From: Setoptus koraiensis
Taxonomy: Eukaryota > Animalia > Arthropoda
Assembly: GCA_048013815.1 (NCBI GenBank)
Contig: CM106586.1
Span: forward strand, 20,584,001 to 20,648,000
Length of the DNA stretch: 64,000 nt
Direction of reading: 5' to 3'
Shown here: positions 40,627 to 53,066 of the stretch, piece after piece
Position numbering within the stretch: position 1 is the stretch's first letter
Layout of the letters: each line of letters starts with the position of its first letter
Translations under genes and position numbers: made by a program
The notes under the pieces: model-generated
What the model was told of the DNA's origin: nothing
The model's input: only the letters and a program-made list of their open reading frames with translations
Databases searched by the model: none

Positions 40627-41120
40627 GTGAGTGGCTAACAATGCTCCCCCTACGTCGGCCCGAATCACTCATCATAACTGTATCTCGCACATTTCAGTTG
40701 TACAGTTGTATAACGGGAACGTTCGCGTATAACTGTATTTTTGCGCCAGCAACTAACAACGCCATTGTCAGTTGTTGGGGGCCCCGCACACAATACGCTG
40801 CCGCTGCTGCGATATCGACTTTGGGCCAAACAACAACAACAACAACGATCTGCAATTCAGATCAATCGCTTGCCAGTCGCCAGATAGCGAGCTAGTCACC
40901 AGTATAATCCGGCGCCATTAAGTCGCAGCCAGCCAGCCAGCAAATATATTATCGTCGCCGCGTTACGTAACTGTGTGCTGTGAGCCAGCGACTTAAAAAG
41001 CCATAATAAAAAAAAATTCCTATTACCAGCGCTGGCAAGACGACGCAATTTTAAAACACTCCTCCCATTCGACACATTTGTAATGCGCTCCATATATCGC
41101 CCATACTCTATATCTCGCTG

Positions 41121-41250
41121 GCTGTCGTCGCACCTCTCCCATCGCCGGCTCGCTGTCGCCGTGCCTCTCCCATCGCCGGCTCGCTGTCGCCGTGCCTCTC
41201 CCATCGCCGGCTCGCTGTCGCCGTGCCTCTCCCATCGCCCGCTCGCTGTC
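41121..41250. repeat. 31-bp minisatellite (GCTGTCGCCGTGCCTCTCCCATCGCCGGCTC) x4
   Basis: Near-identical copies. Confidence 0.95.
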
Positions 41251-41943
41251 TGGCTAGGTAGCTGGCCAGCGAAGGTGCGAATGGGCTCGAAGCGAAGGTA
41301 CCGGCTAGGTGGCGCACCTCGAGTGCGGCAACTTTTATATATTTATATATTTTATATACTTGGTTTATTTATATCTATGGTGCCGCCAGACGCTGTGCGG
41401 ACTCGCCGGCCAATTCGGCTGGCACGAGCGCGCTGCCAGCGAAACTCAATTGGACGCGACGAAATTTGAAATTTCGAAATTTCATTCGGCCGCTTCGGAA
41501 TCATTTTCGCAGTCATTCTGGAGATTATTCTCGAAATTATTCTCGGAATTATTTTCGGAATCATTTTCTAAAATAAACGACACAAGCGACGCGGCATCGC
41601 ATTTCGGAACAGGCTGCGACAAGCGAACGCGCCCACACTGGGGCCGCTTGAGAATAGTCATGGCGCGTATCATTATTATCATTGTGAATCAGTGATAATC
41701 GTTGCCTGTTCTCATTACACTTGCCCGCCGACAAAATGATGAAAAATCCCCGGAGCCCCCGAAAATTGTTCGCCAAGTGCCAGCCTGGCGAGCAAATCAA
41801 TTCACTGGAACGGCTCGAGCGCCCCAAACGGCCACTACTGGCACTGCGGGCCGTTCAACTGTCGGGCATTCGTTTACCTCTCTCATTCTGATCCCTTTGT
41901 TTTGAATTGGTCGTCGCTGATATTCTTTTGTTCTTTCGCGCAG

Positions 41944-42072
41944 TCGGCTCACGCCGGCTCGGCAAGCCCGCAGCACGCGGCCCTGTCTAGCGGGATTATG
42001 CACACGGATTATGTGCAAGCTTGACAGTGGCACACGACGAGTCGCAAACGACGCTAGGCAACCATCATTGTC
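41944..42072 (+). CDS. Candidate 129-nt exon defined by strong splice signals
   Basis: Branch-like CTGAT, pyrimidine tract attcttttgttctttcgcgCAG, donor TC|GTGAGTAT; length is a multiple of 3 with one open frame (RLTPARQARSTRPCLAGLCTRIMCKLDSG...); no homology recognised. Confidence 0.25.
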
Positions 42073-42107
42073 GTGAGTATGTGCGTAAAGATTTGGCACA
42101 TTATTAT

Positions 42108-42109
<2 letters not shown>

Positions 42110-42152
<43 letters not shown>
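42110..42152. repeat. (CA)n microsatellite
   Basis: Seen directly; one of many CA/TG tracts in the window. Confidence 0.95.
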
Positions 42153-42155
<3 letters not shown>

Positions 42156-42619
42156 TTATCTGTAGAATGTAGTTCGCTAAATTGTCGTTTGGGGCCGCTC
42201 GCACACACTCTGACTTGAGTTGAGTGTAACTGGTTACCAGTTACTGGTATCGCATTTGCACACTTGCCACCATTTGGCCAGCTCTGTCTGGCAAGACGCG
42301 CACTGACTGAGGGGCGCTTTTGAATGCGCGTTAGGGGGGAAGGGGGGCTTACAAGAGAGTCGTGCGACAATCAATTCTTGTCAGGAGGGGGCGAGATAAA
42401 AAATTGAGACATTCGCGGGGACACTTGTCGGGCTTACGGCGCTCTGAGCGTCCCCAAGCGTGCGAGCGGCCAACCTCGCAGGGCACCTTACTTTTGTTAG
42501 GTGCGTGTCAAATTGCAACTGCTGCAAATCACAACTGCAAACTGCAAAAGTGGCAAGTTATTAAAACTGCACACACTCATTTAAATGAATAGTCCGCCGA
42601 CAGCCAATGAAGCAGCCAA

Positions 42620-42742
42620 TGAATAGTCGGCGAGCTCGTGAATAGTCGGCGAGCTCGTGAATAGTCGGCGAGCTCGTGAATAGTCAGCGGGCCCGTGAAT
42701 AGTCAGCGGGCCCGTGAATAGTCAGCGGGCCCGTGAATAGTC
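42620..42742. repeat. 19-bp minisatellite: 3x TGAATAGTCGGCGAGCTCG then 3x TGAATAGTCAGCGGGCCCG
   Basis: Units read directly. Confidence 0.95.
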
Positions 42743-43522
42743 TGTGAGCCAGTGGGGCCCGCCGGAGCGGGCCCCAGCGGCTGTGCCGGGCGATCGCGGA
42801 GCCACGAGAGGTGGCTTAGCGAAACTGATTCTATCTGCGTTTTCTTCTCAACTATGTGCGCGCTGGTCGCGGGCGAATTGGCGCCACTCGACTATTCATT
42901 TGAGCCCGAGAGCTTGCCTTGGTTTGGTTGCCTTGGCGCCTCTCACTTAAATGAAAACTCGCCAGCTCGGGCCGGGCTTGTACCGAGCGGGCTGGCTCTG
43001 CTCGGCTATCTCTGGCGAGCAGAGCCGCCGGAGAACGCACTCGTAACTCGCAACTGGCAACTCGCAACTCGCGACTGGCAACTCGCAACTGGCAACCGGC
43101 ACACAATGCACAAAAGGGGGGATTTAAAAATGAATATAATATATAATAAGCCGCTGGCTTAGCGCCGCCGAGAGAGGGCCAGCGAGCGAGCAGACGAAAG
43201 TTGAAGGATGAGCGCGCCAGAAAAGAATGAGCGAGAATGGAGATTCGCAAATAAATGCGCGCGTGCTGAGCGGGCCCCCCTCAAAAATGCTCGCGCTTTG
43301 TGCGCGCTTGGCTCGCTATTATGGCCCGCGCTCCAGCAGCCGCCCCCTCTCCGTCAGCCAGCGCACCTCAGATTATTCAACTATTTGGGCTATTTTTGCA
43401 ACGCCAACAGGCGCACTCGCAAAAATAGTCGTAGCTCCGTGGATGCTCTTAATCTTGGGGATGCGGCTTACGCTTGCACCGAGCGCCCGAATTGATATCA
43501 ACATCATTGAATAATTCAATCA

Positions 43523-44083
<561 letters not shown>

Positions 44084-45055
44084 TTAGCACGGGCCCAAAC
44101 GCCACGGCGCCACACTGCACCGCATACAGCCGCTATGCGCGCCAATGTGGGCCGACCCGTCGGTCGCTTGGCCGGCCGGCGGGCCCGGCGAGCCCGAAAT
44201 TAGTCGCAGGAGTCAATGAGTGGCTGGCGGCCTGGTTGCATGCATGTCAAATTAGCTATATCATACATGACACACGACGAGCAGCGTCAATCGGGGCCCC
44301 CCACCCCCATTACGTAACCGGCATGCACACACGGCTCGGCAGCGCGGCAAGTTGTGGACGGCGGGCTAAGCTCATGTATTAGCCTAATGTCTGACACACA
44401 GCACGTGGTGAGATGTAAGAAATTAACACGCGCGCACACGCAGTCACTGGTGGCGCTGCGAGCGTAGCTCGTGCTGCTCAATCTGGTTTGCTGGCGGCTT
44501 GCGCCTAGCGACTTGTGTCGGCAATCTGGCCGCCATCGGGGCGCCATGTTTTCATCGGCGGCGAGGCGCCAGCCGCTAGAAGCCAGTGGCAAGTAGAGCG
44601 AGCAGAGGCGAGACAAGATGAGGCGACAAGAGGCAGCAGTGATGATGTCACTTATTACGTAATAGATATCGATCACTTTGATCGGCGTGATTCAGCCATC
44701 GGCTACTCGCTGGCGCGGCTGCCAACTTGCGACGGCCAGTGGAAAAGTTTCACTTGGTTGCGCCGCACTCTCTGGCCGCCGCCGCTCGCTGCTCACTCGA
44801 GCTCGATCTCGCTGTACTCGTGGCACAGCGACACGTAGTAGGCGGCCGCTGCCGCCAGGCGCCACTGCGCCCCGATCGCCCTGGCGGACGGCGCGCGCCC
44901 ACCAGCCGAAAAGCTGGCCATTGTTGGCGCCCTTTGTTACATCATCGGTCGTTTTAAAGGCAGCAGCGCCACAAAACAAGAAACGGCCGCGTCATGGCTG
45001 CTGGCGAGTCGCTGCCGGCCTGTCGCTAGGTGCCCGACAGCCGCTGGCCGTCGGC

Positions 45056-45099
45056 GGCGGACACAGAGGCGGACACAGAGGCGGACACAGAGGCGGACA
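45056..45099. repeat. 12-bp tandem repeat (GGCGGACACAGA) x about 3.5
   Basis: Seen directly. Confidence 0.9.
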
Positions 45100-45515
45100 T
45101 GGCGCCGAAATGGATGGCATCACAAATATTTGCCGTCGTGGTCGGATCGTCGCTATCAGCGCGGCGCCCTCTCTCAAGCAAGTTGCCGTCTTGCTGCCAA
45201 TTGGGGCCCGCCGTATATGCGCTGTTCGTGGGGCCGTTTTTTGGCGGGCCCCAGTGACGTGGCGCGCCAATTGCGCGCCAAACGATCGAGCGCACAATTG
45301 AACTGAGCCAGATCTAGAGCACGCTTATTTAGAGCGTGCGTGTGCGTGTACGCGAGGCACAAACTATGCGCCATTGCGCCACAAAGATGGCGCGCGCCAG
45401 ATAACGAGCTCGGCGAGCCCGCAGCGAACAAATTCCAGCCAACGGCAGCAAATGTGCGGCGCCCACTGTGCCGCTCGGCCGACATCGGCTCCAGCCCAAT
45501 GTTATGTAACTCAAG

Positions 45516-45578
45516 CGCAACTCGCACGAGCAACTCGCACGAGCAACTTGCACGAGCAACTCGCCACGAGCAACTCGC
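45516..45578. repeat. 13-bp tandem repeat (GCAACTCGCACGA)
   Basis: About 4.5 copies. Confidence 0.88.
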
Positions 45579-46579
45579 CTAGCGCGCCTGGGCCGGCTAC
45601 GTGCCAGCGACTGACGTAACGAGCGCCCATTCGGCTCCCTTCGGCGGCCTCCAATCGGGGCCCGGAGTAGCGACCACCAGCGCAGTGGCGCCACTTTGCC
45701 TGGCCGGCCCGCCTTCGCTGTGTGCCGGGCAAAGTGGCGCCCCAAGCAAATCTGGCCAGCCGCTGGCTGGCCTATATTGGCTGGCCAGTGCGCGCTGTCA
45801 CTTTTGCGTTTGGCTAGCTTGGGCCAGGTTGGGCCCGCCGCCGCCGCGCACGCTGGCCCAAATGACGCTGGGCGGCCTACGGGCACTGGGCCGGCTAGCG
45901 TCGTTGGGCCGGCCTTTGTCGTGTGTGGCGCGTTGCATTGCAAGCTCAACATTTCGGTGCGCCTAGCGGCGCCGGTAACGACGACAGTGTTATCGTATAC
46001 CCGCGGCCGGCAATCGGATCTGGGCACCTAGCGGGCGAGGGCAGCGGTTGCGCGCCACCGTCGAACACTGTGCACAATCTTATGCAGTCCGCGCGACATA
46101 TAAAGCGGCGCGGGTGGCGCGCCTAGCGGTCGTTGGCGGCCGCCGCCGGGCGCACAAACGATTCAACGGGTAGACGGTGCGCCGGGCAAAAACGACGCCG
46201 AAACGACGCCGAAACGACGGCTCGTGTCAGCGGGCGACATGTGCACTCTTTTGCTTTGAATTGTTTGCGTAATTGTTAGATTGGCGGGCACAGATAATGG
46301 CCAATGGTGGCCCCACTGGCACGTCCGACAAACTGCGGCCTCCACTTGCCGGCGCACAGATTCATTCGAGCGGCCCGCCCCCGCAGCCCGCGAGCGTGCC
46401 GACGTACAGCGGCCCGCACAGAGAGAGAGATCGGGCAAGTCGGGTTACTACTACGCTCGCTTGTCAGTTGGTGTTTGTCGTGGTTGGTCGCCAGTCGTTA
46501 GTGGCTCTCATTCGCCAGCGAGATGATGCAATCGCAACTGGCGAGCTAGCTCGCCGTTTGTTTGCCAGTTAGTTAGTTA

Positions 46580-46611
<32 letters not shown>

Positions 46612-47143
46612 CGTATGTCGTTGTCTTTGCTCTGGCAAGTGGTCGCGCATTTGCGACACACACACACGCACACAACAATTGCGCAATCGGACAATCATTG
46701 GACACCGCTCTCTGGCACACATTGCATCACTCGGCGCTCGGCGCTCGTTGCTTGGTGCAATCTTAATGTCGATCGACGACAGGCCGGCCCTCATCAGTTC
46801 AGAGCTGACCAAAGAGATGCGCGCGCCCGCCGCTAGGTGTCGTCGCTGGTCGCCGGGCCACCTAGTGGCGCTGGAAAAAGCTCACTTTGCGCACACTGTG
46901 CTCGTAATCGAGAATCTCGCATGTCGGCTCAGCTCGACTGTCGAGTCTCGACACACAAATTGGCGCTAGTTGGCGCCCGTGTCGCCCCGCTACCTATACA
47001 TGTACTGCTTGAGGTTGTTGTCGTTGTTGTCGCTGTTGTCGCTGCTGTCGTTGTTGCCGTTGTTGCCGTTGTTGTCGCTGTTGTTGTTGTTGTGGCTGGC
47101 CAGACAGTGTGCGCTGTTGTTGTTGTTGCTGTTGTCGGTGGCG

Positions 47144-47193
<50 letters not shown>
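47144..47193. repeat. (TG)n microsatellite, about 25 units
   Basis: Seen directly. Confidence 0.97.
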
Positions 47194-47197
<4 letters not shown>

Positions 47198-49057
47198 AGC
47201 GCGCACAACAACAATGGTAGTTCGCATACAATCAATCGATGTTCCGGGGGCGTTTTCGCTAGCATTCGCTTGCGAACGGGGGACGCACCCGGCTAACAGA
47301 GGGCGCCAGACGAGGGGGAAGGCAGCGCGAGCAAACACACACACACACACACACAATGTATAACAACATTACATTGCATGGCATACATAAAATAACATAA
47401 CATGAAATAACATTATGTAGCATATATAACGACAACAACAATTGCGTAGCATCACACACATTACATAACAGATAGATTGGCTGAATTTCGGGAACGGCAA
47501 GCGAGCGGCAGCGCGAACAATGTTGCGCGACCGTTCGAAATTCGAATGCCGCCTTCCAAGTTGGCGAGCTGGCAGCCCCGCTGGATAAAATGGTGCGTTC
47601 GAGCGCACCATTTCGAACGCACCGACGCTGCGGCGCCAGTTCCAAGCGGCGCGGCTTCTCTGGGCGGCCGGCTACACTCAACTGGCTTTCTAGAATATTT
47701 ATTTATATAGGCATATATGTCATTTTTGCGACCGCCACAAGAACACACACACACACACAACGTTCTTTTGCCATTTCCATGTCGGAATGGGCAGCGGCCC
47801 AGTGGAAACCAAAGACACAACTAGGTGAGGCAGCTGTTCTTTTGGGGGGCGCCCGCAAGCGAGCAGCGGGCCGCACCCACTCGGCTCAAGTCGCTTTATT
47901 AGGTACTGCCGGCTTGTCTATTGTCGTGGCGCTTGTGGCGCCCCCCGAAAAACGGTCCCTGACTTGGTTGGCCGACAAAACACGGCACGCACAAGCAGTT
48001 ACAGCCGGCGCGGCCACATACCGCAAAATTGTTTCAAAATCGATTCACTTTGGTGCCGGCCCGAGCCTGTGTGTACGCACTCCGGCACGCCTAAGTAACG
48101 CTCGTCGCCCGGCCCCCGAAATCCTAAGTAGCGCCAGTTGCGACAAACCGTGCCCCCCCCCCGTATGAGTGGTGCCCCCAAACGGGCAATAAGAATTTTT
48201 CAATTCATAATTCAATTTTTTCTCGCCCCGCGCCCCACGCCGGCGTGTGTCAGCCCGTGTTACGCGTTCCATCTCGAGACATTAAGAACAAACGAGCAAA
48301 ATTAACCTCGTTATTATTGTTGCGTTTGCCAAATTCGCAGCTATCAAGATCGCATTTGGCCCGCCAGTTATTTATGATGAATCGCAAATCATGATCTGAT
48401 GCCACTCGCTCTTCTAATCCATTCGGCTCCATTTGGCCCCATTTGGCCCGCTCTGGCCCCCGCAAAAACAACACACTCACGAATGGAAACAAATAGAGGC
48501 GACATTTTACTGAAGTGCGGTTTGTTGTTGGCCAATCTTGCCAGTTTAAATCGCCATTTGTGTGTGTGTGCCAACAAGTCGAGAGGCCCAATATGCGCCC
48601 CTTACGCGGCCAGCAAGCGGCGCCCCCTCCTCCTCCTCACAAACAGCTGACCGGTTGATAGGCTGAATATTGGTTATTGCTCATTGCTTATTGTTGGGCT
48701 GGGGCAAATCGGTCATAAAAATCCACCAAAAATCCACCAAAATACCAGCAAAATCGCGCCAGAAAATAGACCCAGTTTGCGGCTTTTTTCGCTCTTTTGG
48801 GCATCTCAATACCCTTGAAACGCCTGGCGCAGTGGGTGCATGTTTTCAGAACGGGGGCTTTTATCTATGTGTTCCGGTCGCAGTTGCAATTTTGCCAGCT
48901 GGCCGGCGTTGTAACATTTGCGGCTATATCCGCAGTACGGCCAGTTCTCAGTGCGCCGACAGAAGTTGATCGCGGACGATCGACTGCCCACCGGCGGACT
49001 GTCCGACGGGGCGCCTCGTTGTCGATCTGATATTTATATCTACGTTTTCGATGAAAT

Positions 49058-49117
49058 GACCACCGATTTTCACCAAATCTCAAATCTCATATAAGATTTG
49101 GTGGAAATCGGTGCTCA
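49058..49117. ncRNA. Pre-miRNA-sized fold-back (candidate hairpin RNA or MITE-like inverted repeat)
   Basis: Arms 49061-49080 and 49094-49113 pair at 20/20 positions with one G-U, around a 13-nt loop; no match to a miRNA I recognise. Confidence 0.25.
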
Positions 49118-50551
49118 CGAAGAAAGGGCAATTTGAGCGTTTTCGGTGACTGCGGATACGTCTCAGTGGCGACGATGAGTTGCCCCCGAAAGTTTCTCGG
49201 TATCAGGGTTTTGCCACGCACACACAGAAATGCGGATTCGGATCTGGCCTGGCCCACTTTTGGAGCGGAGCCCGGGTTGCGCGAGCTGCCCGGCCATAGA
49301 GAAGCTTATTGTTTGTTTTGGTGCACTTTGGCCACACTCTTGCCGCGACAAAAGTGCGGCGCCGCGCCGAGCTCTCATGAGCGCCGCACCAGCCCGCTCA
49401 TGGGCACCGCAAGAGCCCCAACAAAGCCGCCGCAATAACGGGCATGCTGGGCTGCCGCGTGACAGCGACACACCGGGCGCCCCTTGAGCGAGATGACACT
49501 TTGATTAATCCTGTCGGCTGGCTGGCCGCTACCCGACAGTCAGCTGACCGGCCAGCGACCGAACGGATCAGTGCAGCAGGGGCCCACTTGGCGTTCGTTG
49601 CAATCAATGCAATCGTTGGCCCTGTGAGGCCCCCGCGTGGCTGGTTCAACGGGGCGCGTTCGATGACGGGAGGCGCACGGCGACAGAAGCTGTCACAAGA
49701 GATAAAGCGGCTCATATGTGGCGCCCATATGTGATTGCGCACAACAATAATAATTGTTGCGGCCCCGGCGAGCTGGCCCCGTTTCGGCGGCTCGCCACGG
49801 CTGGCCACGGGCCTGGCGAAAGGGGGGGCCCAATGGAGCATAGAGGCGCCGCAGATTAAGTGCTGGCCGCGAGCGGAACTCAAATTCAATGCCATTTTGT
49901 GTTGCGCCGCCAGATGGTGGCTGCGGCCACTCGGCGGCCAATAACGGAATGATAATAATAATCACATAAAATACACACATGGCCACGGCGGCGGTGTCAC
50001 GAGCCAGTGGTGCGACTCGATACGCGACAGTGATAATTAGCCGCCGTCTCACATGTGGCCCACATCGGCCCGTGTCGCCCCTTATGGCGCCATATCGCGT
50101 CATATCGGCCCGTGTCGGCCCGTGTCGGCCCGCGTTGGGCCGCGCGTGGTGCCCGGCGAACCCGGCCAGCCCGACGAGAGCAACGGGCCAATTGGCAATC
50201 GGAGCGGGCGCAATAATCGATCGCAGAGACACAGCGCGCGCACATATATTAATATTGATCCGATTACATAATTGGCATGCTCACAATGGTTGCGCACGAA
50301 TCGCCCAATTCTCGCCGAGCGGCCAATAATGGCGGGCGCAAAAATTTCGCCCGGCACAGCTCGCAAATAACGTGGCCGACTCATTATGTGCGCTCGCCGG
50401 CCATCATTACCGATCATTGCGATAGATATTTCACAGTTGCGGCCATAATTGTTAACCCTGGCGCGCAAATATACGCTCTACGACCGTTTGTATGCATGCG
50501 GCCATTTATGAGCGAGCGCGGCGGCATCGCTCGGGCCCTCGCAAGGGGCCC

Positions 50552-50648
50552 GCGACACGTTGCGCATCACGGGCGATACGTTGGGCATTATGGGCGACAC
50601 GTTGCGCATTATGGGCGATACGTTGAGCATTATGGGCGATACGTTGGG
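50552..50648. repeat. 21-bp minisatellite (GCGATACGTTGGGCATTATGG) x about 5
   Basis: Seen directly. Confidence 0.9.
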
Positions 50649-53035
50649 CCCCGTGCCCAACATATTGGGCGATACGTGGGCAAAAACAATGGCCCGCGCT
50701 GACAATGAGCCTGCCAATATCTGTATCGTGTGTCTGGCGCTGGCGAGCTTGCCAGCTCGTTAGTAAGTCTATCTAAATTGATAGTTTTCTGTCTGTCGGC
50801 GTGCTTGTCGGTCGTGTCGTGTCGCGTCGGCCCGCGCAAATATGCCCCAACTACACAACGGCCGCGCGAGCATATGATGGCATGATTAATGACCGACGCG
50901 CGACATTGTCTCGCCGGCAGCAAACAATTGCGCCAAGACACAACGCGTCGACTTGGAACCGGCAAGCTCAACACTTATCGTCGTGGGCCCCGCCAACGCC
51001 GCTACTAATGTTTCCAATGCATAGGCCAATTTCGCGTTCGTGTACGTGGACGGCCGGTGGCCCAACAGCCCAACACACAACAACGGCCCATAAGATGGAG
51101 CGGAGCGGACCGTCCCGGGCGCCCAGCGCGCGGGCTTGCGAAGCGCGACAAGCGTCCGCAACATTGGTGCGTCTCCACCGGGCCGGCAACGGGCAAGGCA
51201 CAAAACTTGCTCCTGAACTGACGCCGGCGGGCCGCGCACCCAGTGGCGACAATGGCGAGCGCGCGAACGCACCTAGGCGCACTGATTGTGTCGCGCGACC
51301 ACCCGAGGCCAGCCGCGACCGCAACCGCCCCAACGACAACAGTCCGAGCCCGTTGTCGCGCTCGTTATTCGCCGGCTTTATTGGCTGGCCGGTGCCGATT
51401 TCGGGCCGGTGCCAATCTCTCGCCGGCAACATGCAAAGTGTTGCACCGGCTGACGAGTTGGCGGTCGGAACTGGCGTGCGGCGGCACAACGAGTCCCGAC
51501 CGCCAACTCGGGCCGCCGGCGGGTGCGCAGCGGTGGGCCGGCCACCAGTGTTCGTGGCGCTGGCCGGGCCGGGCCACAAGTGCGGACACCGCCCAAGGAC
51601 CACCGAAAGCCAGCGCCGGTTTGTTGCATCGAGCGGAAGTCGGTTAGACAAGCGAGAGATAAGAATTATAATCGATCGATTTTTGTTGTCGTTGTGCAGC
51701 CGCTAGGTTGCGGCCAATTGTCGGCTGGGCCGGCCCGGCCAATGGCAAGCGGCCGCCGGCGAGCGCACCGCCGGCGGTCCAATGGCGGCTAGCGGCCAGC
51801 GCGAGACGAGCGCGCCGACGAGAGGACGATTCGAGATTGAATTGATCAGATCGAGGAATGGATAAAATCGTTGAGATAGATTTGCCGAGTGCAGCTTGTT
51901 GTGTAATGGTGGCGGTCGCGGACAGAGTCGTTTCGGCGGCGGCCCCCAGACAGCGGCGACACAGTTGCTAATGTCGAGCCAGCAACGCGTTTGGGGCCGA
52001 AGCCAACGCACGGTCAGATGCTCGGATATATGGCATGCCCGACAGAGATGCGCCCACTGGATATTGGCGCTGGTCGTCGGGCCGCAAATGGGCCGCACGA
52101 CGTGAAATGTTGGCCCGCTTGGCGAGCGCGCGCCGACATAATTGACACAACAATCTCGGCCGATCTCTGGGCCGAGCGCGGAGCACTTTATTTGGGCGGC
52201 TCGGGCCGGGCTGGTTGCGGGCGCGCAATTTGCCGTCGGCGGGCACCAGCATCGTGTGTGTGTGAGGCAGCGCGCTAGCTGGCCGGGACAGCGGCACGCA
52301 TGGCGCAACGAGCCGACGAGTGGCGCCCATTTCCATTTAGTGGCAGTTATTTAAAGTTGGCCTGGCTGCGCTCTCACAGCGCCCCGACCGGGGCCAGTGT
52401 GGCGTGCAGCGCGCCAAGCGAGACACTGAACGGCGCCAGAAGACGCCAGAAGCGGCCCGAACTGTGGGCCGCTTCTGCGCGCCCCGCAAGACGCGCCGGG
52501 CCCGCACAAGTGGGCCCGGCCGCGGCGCGCTGCGCGAGGCCCGCCGGGGATGGACCGCCAGAGGACGTGGCAAGGACGGCGCTGCACAAGCGGAGCGCCC
52601 AAGAACAATGGCGGCCGTCGCAGTTGCAGTTGTTGGCGCTGTTGTTGTCGCTGTCGCTGCAGTTGTTGCCGTTGTTGTCGCTGCAGTTGTTGCCGCTGTT
52701 GCCGTTGTTGCAGTCGCTGCAGTTGTTGCGGCAGCGAGACAAGTGCACGAAACAATAAAAACAAAAAGAAACTCTGTGGCAAGTGCACACGAAGCGGCGC
52801 ACGATAAGACGGCGACAAGCTCTCCACTTGAGTGAATTGCAACTTCTCGCGCGGCCTCGCCTATGGGCAGCGCTTGTTACATCATTACGGCGGCGGCCGT
52901 TCGCTGGCGAGGCGCCCGGTTCGCGGCGAGGCGCCCAGTCCGCGGCGAGGCGCTCGCTCGGATGGCCGACACGGAGCAAATATTGCGCGCGAGTGTGCGG
53001 GCATGGAAATAGATTAACTCGTCTGTCACGACAAT

Positions 53036-53066
<31 letters not shown>

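Noticed and set aside
44515-44838. VIDIDHFDRRDSAIG resembling a C2-domain calcium loop
   Set aside because: The spacing is off by one, the flanking beta-strands are absent, and there are no convincing splice sites.
50801-51706. 301-aa ORF with an overlapping 227-aa antisense ORF
   Set aside because: GC-rich, R/A/P-biased, non-ATG start and no domain; typical of a spurious ORF.
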